A stretch of 41,343 bases of DNA from a virus (Duplodnaviria > Caudoviricetes). A program made the translations under genes and the position numbers. The stretch covers positions 1 through 41,343 of IMG/VR virus record IMGVR_UViG_3300021354_000013; one strand, 5' to 3'. Under the pieces are notes generated by a model. The model made no database searches, was not told the DNA's origin, and worked only from the letters and a program-made list of their open reading frames with translations. This document shows, piece after piece, positions 9,090-17,720 of this stretch; positions within the stretch are counted from its first letter, which is position 1, and every line of letters starts with the position of its first letter.

Positions 9090-9503
9090 CTACCTTTGAT
9101 ATTTGACTAAAGGCGCTTGGCCTGCATTAAGATTCCATTCGTAAATGATCCGGCAATCGTTGCAGATCTTTTCTTTGTGCGAGGAAAACAATAGCATCCC
9201 GCGCCCGCACTCAGGGCAATCATTGCTCGTCTTTTTAAACAGAGCAAAAAGGTGATCGACATCTTCCAGCGTATCGATGACTAACACCGTTTGGCCAGCG
9301 CGTCGCATCCGCTCATGTTCTCTAAGCTGATGCGGATCCGGTTTCTTGCCTGTGCTTTTTGTTTCCACCCATACCGTCACGCCCTTAAACATAATGCAGC
9401 GATCCGGTGCCGCGCGCCGGCCCAACCATTTCACTTTGCGGATCTCTGCGCCGGCAAGCAAAGCTCGCTCGACTAGATATCCCTCAATGATTGACTCTCT
9501 CAT
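9090..9503 (-). CDS. VRR-NUC nuclease (resolvase-like) with C-terminal Zn ribbon
   Basis: MRES.IE..L, APDR, WVETK, Q..EHE.MR..G motifs; CPECG...CNDC tail. Confidence 0.85.
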   Translation of the reverse strand: MRESIIEGYLVERALLAGAEIRKVKWLGRRAAPDRCIMFKGVTVWVETKSTGKKPDPHQLREHERMRRAGQTVLVIDTLEDVDHLFALFKKTSNDCPECGRGMLLFSSHKEKICNDCRIIYEWNLNAGQAPLVKYQR

Positions 9504-9772
9504 ATCGTTAACCTTTTTTGCGCGTTGCGCGTAGCCACCGGTCCAAGACCTGAGCAGCTGCTGACTTTCTTTTTAAAGTTGGTTAAGCTATTTCGATCTC
9601 GTAAAACAAATCGCGTTGCGGTTAAAGGGGTAATAAAAATAACTTGAGCCCGATCGGGTACGGTTAATTCTGCCGCGTCAATTTTAGAAAGAAGCCAATC
9701 TTTAATTGTTTTGTGTCCCTCGAGATCGTTATTTTTATAGTGTCCAAATCTCACCTGATCAAGTCGCATCAT
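9500..9772 (-). CDS. Hypothetical protein (~90 aa)
   Basis: AAGGAG RBS upstream of ATG 9772; translationally coupled to VRR-NUC. Confidence 0.55.
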   Translation of the reverse strand: MMRLDQVRFGHYKNNDLEGHKTIKDWLLSKIDAAELTVPDRAQVIFITPLTATRFVLRDRNSLTNFKKKVSSCSGLGPVATRNAQKRLTI

Positions 9773-9776
9773 GTTT

Positions 9777-11828
9777 TTACTCCTTTCTGTATCTGTAGGC
9801 CTCAAAGCCTGCCGCTGCAAGCGGCAAGCCGTCGGCCCATTGTGGTTTTGTCACCATCAGCGCAGATAAGTGATCGGCGTTGTAGTGGGGTTGGTCTGGT
9901 GCCTCGGCGATGATCTCGTCGTGGACCGTTAAAACAATCTGATATCCAGCGTCCTCGATGCCTTGCATACTGGCGGCTAAGATGTCACGGCTTACGGCTT
10001 GGGTGACGTTCTCCGCTAGTTTCCCGCCGTACGTCTGCAAAGCGGACCAACGGCGTGAGTATTGGTTAACGCCTTTATAGTGCAGCTTGCCGTCTTTAAG
10101 TGCTGCGCCTGGGTAACAAAGGAACCTGCCCGACGGCAGCTTGATGCGTAACCACGCGCCGTCGCATCTCACCAAGAGTTTGCGACAGCTATAGGTCACG
10201 CCCTTGTTGACCAGCGCCTGCACGGCTGCGTCTTGCAGCTCGCCCCAGAAGGTCGAGATCTCTGGGTGAGCGTTGCGCCATGTACGTTTAAACGCGTCGC
10301 ATGTACACCAAGCGCGATCAGATAAGCCAAACGTCTTGCCGGTTTTAAAAGCGTAGCCGTGCGCGCGCTTTGCTTCGCGCTGTATGTCTTCAGGGATCGC
10401 GTCCCATGCTTGTTGCCCCATCGCCTCGAGGTCAATGCCGTACGCCGATGCGAAAGTGATAAACGCGCCCACACCGCCTTCGTAGCCTAGCGCTAACTCT
10501 TGCACCTTGCCGACTTGACGATCGTCTTTGCTAACGTCTTCGGGCTTAACACCGAACGATTTAGCGTAAGCGAGTTTGTAAAGATCGTGACCGGTGCCTT
10601 TATCGAAGTCCTCAAACGCTTTGATCTTCCACGTTTCGCCGGCAAGCCACGCAAGTACACGTCCCTCGATGTTTGACAAATCGGCTACGACAAACTGCTT
10701 ACCCAGGGGTGCAATCAGGCAGCCGCGAATTGCGGAACTCGTTAACTCCATCACGTCATCAACAATTAGATCCACACAGTCGGCTTTCATCGCCGCGATG
10801 CCCAAGTCGATTTGATCTTGCTTAAGCGATGGCCTGGGTAAGTTTTGCGGTTGAAACAAACGACCGGCCCAGCGGCCTGTGCGACTGGCACCGTTAAACT
10901 GTAGAGTGCCGCGCAGTCTGCCGTCGCTGCTTACCCCGTTGATCAGGGTTTTATATTTAGCCGTACTGGTGCTGCTTGCCTGTAGCCGGATCACAAGCAA
11001 CTCGCGCAGCTCGGCCGGCAATGATAGATCGTTGACACGTCGCTCAAGTGTTGATGCTTGCATGTCGGGTAACTCGATGCCGTACTCTTCGAGCATGTGC
11101 TTGAGCATAGCGTCGCGCTGCGTTGCTGCTTGCACCGCGCCACCTGTCATAGCGTTAACGCGCTTGGCCATTTTCTTTTGAGCTAAGTCTACGGCACGGA
11201 TTGCCGCCTCTGCCATTTCAACATCAACTAGCACACCGCGATCGTTGATCGTTTGGTCCAGGTGCCAGAGCGCCAACTCCGCACCTGTGTAATTCCAGGT
11301 AGGCATGCGACGTTGGCACTCACGCATTGCGATGATGTCGCGGCCTGCGTAGTCGATAAAGCGCGCCCACTGATCAGGGTGAGTTTCACGCGTAGCGCGT
11401 CTGATCTTTCGGGTGTTGCTGGGTTTGCAAAACAACAAGACCAGCTGCCGACCGTCTTTATCCTTTGCTTGATCAGTAGGCACGCCAAGCGCTTCGCAGA
11501 GATCACCTAAGCCTGCCGGTAGCGAGTGCGCTAAAGCCTGGACCATTGTGTCTTGCCACCTGGATAAATCAGTTTTTCTGAATTGCGCGTTTAAGACTGT
11601 ACGATCAAAGCCGGTATTGTGCGCAACTAAGGTAACGCTCGGCGATACAAACGCCTGCGCAAGATCGCCAGGGATATTGTCTGTCGCGGTGCAATCCCAG
11701 ACTTTTACCGGACCATCGTCGATTGCATACGCAAAGAGCGTGATCTCTACGTCTTCAGCGTAGCGGTGGGTGCCGTGCTTGATCGGCGTTTCGCAGTAAG
11801 TTTCTAAGTCAAGATACAAGGTTGTCAT
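9777..11828 (-). CDS. DNA polymerase family A (3'-5' exonuclease plus polymerase)
   Basis: LDLET and AHN..FDR exonuclease motifs; TGRW; DLSNIEGR (motif A); RQVGKVQELALGY (motif B); VHDEI (motif C). Confidence 0.96.
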   Translation of the reverse strand: MTTLYLDLETYCETPIKHGTHRYAEDVEITLFAYAIDDGPVKVWDCTATDNIPGDLAQAFVSPSVTLVAHNTGFDRTVLNAQFRKTDLSRWQDTMVQALAHSLPAGLGDLCEALGVPTDQAKDKDGRQLVLLFCKPSNTRKIRRATRETHPDQWARFIDYAGRDIIAMRECQRRMPTWNYTGAELALWHLDQTINDRGVLVDVEMAEAAIRAVDLAQKKMAKRVNAMTGGAVQAATQRDAMLKHMLEEYGIELPDMQASTLERRVNDLSLPAELRELLVIRLQASSTSTAKYKTLINGVSSDGRLRGTLQFNGASRTGRWAGRLFQPQNLPRPSLKQDQIDLGIAAMKADCVDLIVDDVMELTSSAIRGCLIAPLGKQFVVADLSNIEGRVLAWLAGETWKIKAFEDFDKGTGHDLYKLAYAKSFGVKPEDVSKDDRQVGKVQELALGYEGGVGAFITFASAYGIDLEAMGQQAWDAIPEDIQREAKRAHGYAFKTGKTFGLSDRAWCTCDAFKRTWRNAHPEISTFWGELQDAAVQALVNKGVTYSCRKLLVRCDGAWLRIKLPSGRFLCYPGAALKDGKLHYKGVNQYSRRWSALQTYGGKLAENVTQAVSRDILAASMQGIEDAGYQIVLTVHDEIIAEAPDQPHYNADHLSALMVTKPQWADGLPLAAAGFEAYRYRKE

Positions 11829-11881
11829 TCACTTTCTCTAAAATTGCGCTTTGGTAAAACGACCCGCCAGGATCGGTTTGC

Positions 11882-11906
11882 AAAAGCGGCCTGGGTGAGC
11901 AGGCCG
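11882..11906 (-). terminator. Intrinsic terminator/attenuator between the SSB region and the DNA polymerase
   Basis: CGGCCTG-ctcacc-CAGGCCG hairpin followed by CTTTT on the minus strand. Confidence 0.55.
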
Positions 11907-11912
11907 ATTTGA

Positions 11913-12104
11913 TTAACTTAACAACTGAATCACGTTGTCCTTTTTAGGTTCTTTCTTTTCACCACCCACTGCTTCGATCATCGTGAGGGCTACTTGTTGG
12001 GCTGCAGTTACGGGACCGTCGTTTGATTCCAACGTAGGTTCGCAAACCACATTGACGACAGCGGTGTCTTCCTGATCCATAATGGTGATTATGATAAGTG
12101 CCAT
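11913..12104 (-). CDS. Hypothetical protein (63 aa, MALIIITIMDQED...)
   Basis: ATG 12104 immediately after the SSB stop; the longer ORF-track start overlaps SSB. Confidence 0.6.
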   Translation of the reverse strand: MALIIITIMDQEDTAVVNVVCEPTLESNDGPVTAAQQVALTMIEAVGGEKKEPKKDNVIQLLS

Positions 12105-12108
12105 ATGA

Positions 12109-12663
12109 TCACCACAAATCAGCTTCAGCAGCTGCGCCTTCTGTAAGATCCTCGAACTCATCGTCTTTGGCAGCGCCGCCACCTGCGAACGCGTCGCCGT
12201 CTTTAAAGAACTGCACGCCGCGTAATGACGCGTTGATGCGTTTGCCGTATTTGTTATCCTGCGCCCAAAGCTCAAGGCTTGCGTTAACGTAACAGCCGGC
12301 GTAGGGCTTGCCGTCTACCTGATTTAAAGGTGACTTGTCTCGATCGATAACGGTCGGACGGGTTTTGTTTCTAGCTGAGATGTAAAACATCCCCTGAAAA
12401 CCGTCGTACTCAGACTTTAAGTCACCGTTGTGTAGCGCGGTCTTGTCACCCGCGACCATCTTGGCCAGGTGATCTTCGGCTTTAGCGCCCCATTTTTCTT
12501 TTGCAACTTCAGTGATTGCCGCCTTGATGCTCGCAATTTGCGGATCATCTTTTGCAATCAAGAACACTGCTGAGAAAGCCGGTTCACCCTCACCATTAAC
12601 TGTTTGTGCTTCAAACAGCGCGGGAAAAGCAAGACGGGTACTGCTCAATTTAATAATAGCCAT
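12109..12663 (-). CDS. Single-stranded DNA-binding protein, DUF2815 / T7 gp2.5-like
   Basis: RLAFPALF, YAGCYVNASL, GVQFFKDGDAFAGG, acidic C-terminal tail ending in an aromatic residue. Confidence 0.9.
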   Translation of the reverse strand: MAIIKLSSTRLAFPALFEAQTVNGEGEPAFSAVFLIAKDDPQIASIKAAITEVAKEKWGAKAEDHLAKMVAGDKTALHNGDLKSEYDGFQGMFYISARNKTRPTVIDRDKSPLNQVDGKPYAGCYVNASLELWAQDNKYGKRINASLRGVQFFKDGDAFAGGGAAKDDEFEDLTEGAAAEADLW

Positions 12664-12666
12664 GGT

Positions 12667-12816
12667 TTAACTCCTAAAATATTTTGGATACATTTGTTTA
12701 ATGCGTTTTGTAACGCGGTTGATTGCACGTTCCCGTGCAACCGGATCTTTTATCTGCGCGGCGTCAGCTAACATCTTGCGAGCATCAGCCGGTAAGAGTG
12801 CTGACTGTGTGGTCAT
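12667..12816 (-). CDS. Hypothetical 49-aa protein (not in ORF track)
   Basis: GGAGG RBS; MTTQSALLPADARKMLADAAQIKDPVARERAINRVTKRIKQMYPKYFRS; ATGA overlap. Confidence 0.65.
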   Translation of the reverse strand: MTTQSALLPADARKMLADAAQIKDPVARERAINRVTKRIKQMYPKYFRS

Positions 12817-14081
12817 ACCAGATCACCTCCGGTCAAGATGCCTAGCGCTTCATCGTCAGTCATCGCGTCAAAATCATCTTCAGCCGTGATTGAGATTGCG
12901 CGGCGTTTGTCCGACACCGGCGCGACCAAGGGCTTACCTTCTGATTGCGAGATTAGACCTTGCAGCTGCGGCCATTGACGCGGACCGATCTCACCAGACT
13001 TGGCTAACTTTTCTGCCGTCGTAGGTGAAATTAGCGTCTTGTCGTACATGACATCAGTTTTGATACGCATCGACTTCATCAGCGCTTCAACGCCGTCAGC
13101 ATCGTTCCACTTGCGCGATCCACGACGACCTTCAACTAACTTGTAGCCTGGTACTTCTTTACCGGCAAACAGCTCAGCCTCAGTGCGACCGCGTATCGCT
13201 TTGCACCAATCTTCGATCAGATCAAGCGAGGCCATTAGGCCGCCCAGTAGCACGTTGTCTACTGTGCGATCTTTAGCAGCGGCAATTTGCGGTTTGATCT
13301 CTTGCTCAAGATCCACAAAATCGTCAGTGATCGTAGACAAAACATGGTTAGTCAAAGCAGGGCAAGACGCTTTTGCTTTACAAAACTTGCACTGCTTGTC
13401 ACCTGGCACAAATTCCGGATTGGCTTCTTGCGACCGGCGAACAGCAAGGTCCACATTGCGGGTAAGCATCTCGATCCACTCAAGATCCGTTTCCCAGTGG
13501 TCAACGTGATTGATGCGAGGCTGGCAGATCACTAGCTCTACGCTGTGAAACTCTTCACAAAAAGACCAGTGTTCGATCGCAGCTGCTGCGTACATGCCAA
13601 GCTGATAGTTACCTTCGGCTTCTACCTTTACACCACGACCATATTTAAGATCTACGATCGTGATTTTGCCGTCGTGGATGACCACGGCATCGGCTGTACC
13701 TTTGGCATCAGCTTCACCGGTCAAGTGCGAGATCAAGTATTTTTGCTCGACATACAGATCGCCAGGCATTGAGCGCACAAGATCCAAATAAACTTGCACG
13801 TTCTCGATCATCTCTGGGTTTACCACGAAGATGCGCGCGCTTTCCGATTTGTCTTGCATGCCTATAAATTTTTCACGGTCGTTAAATACCGCAATCTTTT
13901 TATATAGATACTCTTTCGCATTTTTGCCATCCGTAAGCGCAGTGCTTGCCAAAAAATGCGCAGCACTACCTTCATCTGCAAACTCACTTGAGCTGTCAGG
14001 AAATCTTTCTTCAAGATTTACGCTGCCAGGGCAAGCGATCCAGCGGCTTGCGCCGCTGGGTGAATATTTCGCGTGGGCCAT
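12813..14081 (-). CDS. DUF2800 family PD-(D/E)XK / Cas4-like exonuclease
   Basis: HAKYSPSGASRW..CPGS, GTAD, DLKYG.G, Q...YA, C.FC....C, GYKLVEGR. Confidence 0.88.
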   Translation of the reverse strand: MAHAKYSPSGASRWIACPGSVNLEERFPDSSSEFADEGSAAHFLASTALTDGKNAKEYLYKKIAVFNDREKFIGMQDKSESARIFVVNPEMIENVQVYLDLVRSMPGDLYVEQKYLISHLTGEADAKGTADAVVIHDGKITIVDLKYGRGVKVEAEGNYQLGMYAAAAIEHWSFCEEFHSVELVICQPRINHVDHWETDLEWIEMLTRNVDLAVRRSQEANPEFVPGDKQCKFCKAKASCPALTNHVLSTITDDFVDLEQEIKPQIAAAKDRTVDNVLLGGLMASLDLIEDWCKAIRGRTEAELFAGKEVPGYKLVEGRRGSRKWNDADGVEALMKSMRIKTDVMYDKTLISPTTAEKLAKSGEIGPRQWPQLQGLISQSEGKPLVAPVSDKRRAISITAEDDFDAMTDDEALGILTGGDLV

Positions 14082-14452
14082 TACGCAGCCTCGCAAGCCT
14101 TAACCACTGCCGCGAAGTCAGACTCTTTGACTTCTGGGAGTTTTGAGGCGTTGAAGGTTGCTAACACCGCGATAGCTGCATCGCGGCCTTTGGCTTTCGC
14201 CAAGTCTTGGATTGCCTTAGCGGCATCTTGATAGGTAACGCTAACCGCTTCATCAGCCGAGGTTGAAACTTTTGAAGCGGGTTTCTTAGCGGCAACTGCG
14301 GGAGTTGGCTTTTCGGTGCGGCCTTCCTCCGTGTCACTGGCACTGTTACTGTGGGCCACCGGTGCCTGGGCGATTGAACCGCTTTGCGAAAGCAAGGCGA
14401 TAAGGTTCTGGATTGCTGCTGTATTTTCTTGTATTGCTGTTTCTAAACTCAT
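14081..14452 (-). CDS. Hypothetical protein (MSLETAIQENTAA...)
   Basis: GGAG RBS before ATG 14452; coiled N-terminus, Ala/Pro linker, helical C-terminal domain; typical neighbour of DUF2800. Confidence 0.75.
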   Translation of the reverse strand: MSLETAIQENTAAIQNLIALLSQSGSIAQAPVAHSNSASDTEEGRTEKPTPAVAAKKPASKVSTSADEAVSVTYQDAAKAIQDLAKAKGRDAAIAVLATFNASKLPEVKESDFAAVVKACEAA

Positions 14453-14465
14453 TTTTTTTCTCCGA

Positions 14466-14630
14466 TTAGCATTTAGGGCCAAGGCCCACTGTGGTTAAAA
14501 GTACGATCATGAAAAAGATGACCGCATAAGAGGTGTAAAGGTGTCCACGCATCTCGCTGATGGTGTGGTCCGCTTTTTGCAACGCGTAATTAATCGCGTC
14601 GCTTCTTAAAATTTCTTCTTGGGTTTTCAT
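14466..14630 (-). CDS. Small membrane protein, 54 aa (not in ORF track); first gene of the leftward operon
   Basis: MKTQEEILRSDAINYALQKADHTISEMRGHLYTSYAVIFFMIVLLTTVGLGPKC. Confidence 0.55.
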   Translation of the reverse strand: MKTQEEILRSDAINYALQKADHTISEMRGHLYTSYAVIFFMIVLLTTVGLGPKC

Positions 14631-14684
14631 AAATCACCCATTGTTTTGTTAGTTAAAAATAGGATTGCTATCCCGTTGAGTCAT

Positions 14685-14713
14685 ATTGTCTTACAAGTTT
14701 AAACTTGTGTCAA
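14685..14713 (-). promoter_or_regulatory. Leftward sigma70-type promoter (TTGACA-N17-GACAAT) with a palindromic operator in the spacer
   Basis: Consensus -35, 17-nt spacer; ACAAGTTTAAACTTGT palindrome at 14693-14708. Confidence 0.75.
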
Positions 14714-14752
14714 TAGGGCAATACAAATATTTTTTGTAAAGTGTAATTTATC

Positions 14753-14782
14753 TTGTATATACACAAGCCTTACTTGTACAAT
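14753..14782 (+). promoter_or_regulatory. Rightward sigma70-type promoter (TTGTAT-N18-TACAAT) with an operator in the spacer
   Basis: ACAAG-CCTTA-CTTGT at 14763-14777; lies ~30 nt before the cro-like ATG. Confidence 0.6.
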
Positions 14783-14811
14783 GTCCGCTCTTTAATCAAA
14801 CAGGAAAAGCA

Positions 14812-15033
14812 ATGTCTTACTCAGGAGTAAGAGCGGCTGTCTCTGCGGCAGGCAGTCAAGCTCAATTAGCCAGTACGCTCGGCGTCACCCAACAGGCTGT
14901 GAGTCTGTGGGTGCGTCGCGGATTCGTACCGGCAAGCCGCGTGGTTGAAATCGAATCGCAATACGGCGTTGATCGGGTGGAGTTGGTGAACCCCAGAACG
15001 CTGGAGCTATTTACTCCCAGGGGGAATTTATGA
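14812..15033 (+). CDS. Cro/YdaS-like HTH transcriptional regulator
   Basis: AGSQAQLASTLGVTQQAVSLW...VP...IE...GV...L.P pattern; AGGA RBS. Confidence 0.88.
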   Translation: MSYSGVRAAVSAAGSQAQLASTLGVTQQAVSLWVRRGFVPASRVVEIESQYGVDRVELVNPRTLELFTPRGNL

Positions 15034-15173
15034 TCGAACTTTTAGAAGAGATATTTGATCGGCTATTGACGGTCAGAGATCCGTCTTTAAATGACTTGCG
15101 CATCAAACTTGTGCAAGCAATTAAGGCACTACGCGCTGCGGACAGCGTGGGCGGTGGTGATGATCCCGAATGA
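15030..15173 (+). CDS. Hypothetical 47-aa protein (not in ORF track)
   Basis: GGGGG RBS; ATGA overlap with cro; MIELLEEIFDRLLTVRDPSLNDLRIKLVQAIKALRAADSVGGGDDPE. Confidence 0.55.
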   Translation: MIELLEEIFDRLLTVRDPSLNDLRIKLVQAIKALRAADSVGGGDDPE

Positions 15174-17286
15174 TCAATCCTCTTTTTATTTAGAACACGT
15201 TCCGGCTGCACTCAAAACCATAGACCGGTGGTCGCCGTGGAAAGCCGTGTGGAATGTCAAGCGCAAGAAGTTTGACAAGATCCCGCAGCTGGCGAGCAAT
15301 CCAGACTACGGCTTATCAACGGCCAAGCCGGATAAGTGGGTGAGTTTTGATTTGGCAGCTGCTGCGCTATCGCATAATAAGTCTGCGGGTTTGGGTTTTG
15401 TCATGACTGGTTTAAAGGGCATTGTCGCGATTGACTTAGACAACTGCCTGGATCAGTCGTGGGCGCTTGATATTATCACCCAAGTGAATAGCTATACCGA
15501 GTTGTCACCCAGTGGGCAGGGTTACCGGATCTTTTTGCACGGCGATCTTGAGGTGGATTGGACCAACCACGACCAAGGCATCGAAGTGTACGGCGGTAAC
15601 GAGGCACGCTTTTTAACCGTGACCGGTGCTGCGCTTGTTAACTCTCCAGCGGATCTGGTGCGCGTAGCACCTGGGGTGTTGGCCGATCTCTTTACCCGAT
15701 ACGCTAGAGAAAAGCGCAAAGCCGAGGTAATTGATCTTAACCTACCGGATTTGCTGGATGATTTGGTGTTGCCATATGTTGAGGATTTGCGCATACCGGC
15801 AGGACCTAAGCGCTTTTTGTTGACGGGGGAGTTTGACACGGATCGATCCGGCACGCTGTTCGGCGTGGGCGTGAGTCTGTATGCGGCAGGCTACACGGAC
15901 GCCGAAGTGCTGTCGATTTTGGCTTATAACGATTTTGCGATGGAGGTCGCACTCGACCACAGGCGGCAGGATCAGGACAGAGCCTTGCTATACCTTTGGC
16001 GTGAGCATTGTCTCAAGGCTAAAGGCAAGGCAAGTGCATCAATCGCCACCTCGGATGACTTTGATGTGGTTGAGGTGCCATCCGGTGAGCGCGAGATGCC
16101 GCGCTTTAAGCGCGACAAAGTAGGCGCAATCGAATCAACCATTGAGAACGTGAGCAAAGCTCTAAACCGTCCGGACCTGTGTGGTATACAGATCCGTTAC
16201 GACAGTTTTCGCGATGAAATCATGTTTACTCCGGACGATGCGCCTAATGCCTGGCGCGCTTTTACTGACGCGGACTACTCTCGCCTTCGCATCACCTTGG
16301 AACAGGGCGGGTTCAAACCGGTCGGCCGTGAGTTGATCCGCGATGTGGTGCTCATGGTGGCGGATGATAATCCTTTTGACTCTGCGATTGAGTGGTTAGA
16401 CGGTTTGACATGGGACGGCGTGCCTAGGGTTGAGCGCTTTTTATCTAACTATTTTAGCGCGGAGGACACCGACTACACCCGGGCCGTGGCTTCTTATATA
16501 TGGACAGCGCTGGCCGGCCGTGTGCTTGAGCCTGGCATTAAGGCGGACATGGTGCCAATCTTAATCGGTGAGCAAGGATCTAAGAAGTCATCAAGCGTGG
16601 CGGCCATGGTGCCGTCCCAAGACTTTTTTACTGAAGTGAGTTTTCATGAGAAGGAAGAAGATCTGTCACGCAAGATGCGAGGCCGTTTGCTTGCTGAGAT
16701 CGGAGAGCTGCGCGGGCTGCACACCAAAGAGCAGGAATCAATCAAAGCCTTCATCACCCGCACCCATGAGAACTGGATCCCCAAGTACCGAGAGTTTGCC
16801 ACGTCGTTTCCTAGGCGTTTGGTGTTTATCGGTACGACCAACCAGGAGCAATTTTTAGCCGACGACACCGGTAACCGTCGATGGTGTCCGGTCCGTGTTG
16901 GCCAAGCGGACATCGAGGCGATCCGCCGCGATCGTTTGCAATTGTGGGCGGAGGGCCGTGAGCTTTTTTCTTTATTTGGCATTGCGTTTAGAGATGCTGA
17001 ACGCTTGGCGGCGGACGTGCATGAAGAACACACGATGACCGAACGCTTCCAAGAAGAAATTGAAAATTGGCTATCCGCACCAGATGCGTTAACAGGTGAA
17101 ATACCGCGAACACGTGAATTTTTGCGGACGGGGGATATTGCGCGCGAATGTTTGCGTATTGAAGCACGTAATTTATCACGTGCTGACGAGATGCAAATAG
17201 GTAAAGTTTTGCGGATTGCGGGTTTTGCGCGAAAACAGCGGCGGCTGGATGGCAAGTTAATGTGGGTGTACCTACCTTGTAACTAG
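15160..17286 (+). CDS. Primase-polymerase (AEP) fused to VapE-like P-loop helicase
   Basis: IDLDNC and ELSPSGQG, IEVY...RFLTVTG; C-terminal GEQGSKKSS, EIGEL, FIGTTN, DDTGNRR; likely start ATG 15160 after GGTGG. Confidence 0.88.
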   Translation: MIPNDQSSFYLEHVPAALKTIDRWSPWKAVWNVKRKKFDKIPQLASNPDYGLSTAKPDKWVSFDLAAAALSHNKSAGLGFVMTGLKGIVAIDLDNCLDQSWALDIITQVNSYTELSPSGQGYRIFLHGDLEVDWTNHDQGIEVYGGNEARFLTVTGAALVNSPADLVRVAPGVLADLFTRYAREKRKAEVIDLNLPDLLDDLVLPYVEDLRIPAGPKRFLLTGEFDTDRSGTLFGVGVSLYAAGYTDAEVLSILAYNDFAMEVALDHRRQDQDRALLYLWREHCLKAKGKASASIATSDDFDVVEVPSGEREMPRFKRDKVGAIESTIENVSKALNRPDLCGIQIRYDSFRDEIMFTPDDAPNAWRAFTDADYSRLRITLEQGGFKPVGRELIRDVVLMVADDNPFDSAIEWLDGLTWDGVPRVERFLSNYFSAEDTDYTRAVASYIWTALAGRVLEPGIKADMVPILIGEQGSKKSSSVAAMVPSQDFFTEVSFHEKEEDLSRKMRGRLLAEIGELRGLHTKEQESIKAFITRTHENWIPKYREFATSFPRRLVFIGTTNQEQFLADDTGNRRWCPVRVGQADIEAIRRDRLQLWAEGRELFSLFGIAFRDAERLAADVHEEHTMTERFQEEIENWLSAPDALTGEIPRTREFLRTGDIARECLRIEARNLSRADEMQIGKVLRIAGFARKQRRLDGKLMWVYLPCN

Positions 17287-17299
17287 CTAATAAAAGGAG

Positions 17300-17446
17300 G
17301 TGGTTACGTTTTAGCCCAGTAAAACCAAGGGTTGTAACCACGTAACTACTGTAACTACCTTATTTATAACTATATAGATATTACTATATAAGTAGGCTGG
17401 GGGAAAGGTTATAGAGGTAGTGGTTACGGAGGTTACAGGTAGTTAC
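17300..17446. repeat. Putative replication origin: inverted GTAAC(C/T)AC iteron arrays around an AT-rich core
   Basis: Copies at 17334, 17342, 17351; inverted copies at 17300, 17420, 17429 (1 mismatch), 17439; TATATAG-ATATTA-CTATATA palindrome in the core. Confidence 0.65.
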
Positions 17447-17471
17447 AGGTGTTTTTTGCGGATTTGGAGGA

Positions 17472-17717
17472 TTGGCTTTGAGAACGATATTGGTGGCAGT
17501 AAACGAGGACGGCTTACGCATAGGTGAAAGCCATCCCCGTGCAAAATTGAGCGATGATGACATCGAACTGATTAGGGCATTGGCGGAGGAAGGTATGCGC
17601 TACCGCGTCATTGCTCAGAAATTTGAAATCAGCAAGGTGACGGTGGGCAGGATCTGTCGGTACGAACGACGCGGGCAAACCATTGCCCGTTTGAAAAAAT
17701 GTTTTTTGGAGGATTAA
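17472..17717 (+). CDS. Small HTH DNA-binding protein (candidate late-gene activator)
   Basis: GGAGGA RBS with TTG; GESHPRAKLSDDDI..IR.L...G.....IA.KF.IS..TV..I. Confidence 0.75.
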   Translation: MALRTILVAVNEDGLRIGESHPRAKLSDDDIELIRALAEEGMRYRVIAQKFEISKVTVGRICRYERRGQTIARLKKCFLED

Positions 17718-17720
17718 AAA

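Noticed and set aside
12813-14081. Cas4 indicating a CRISPR-Cas system
   Set aside because: DUF2800-type nuclease in its usual SSB/PolA replication context; no other cas genes or array.
15091-15159. Longer ORF-track starts (15091, 22815, 24783, 28773, 29438, 32130, 14096, 12275)
   Set aside because: They overlap upstream genes or terminators; downstream ATGs have better RBS or translational coupling.
17300-17446. CRISPR or mini-array
   Set aside because: Repeats are 8 nt, partly inverted, and lack unique spacers of regular length.
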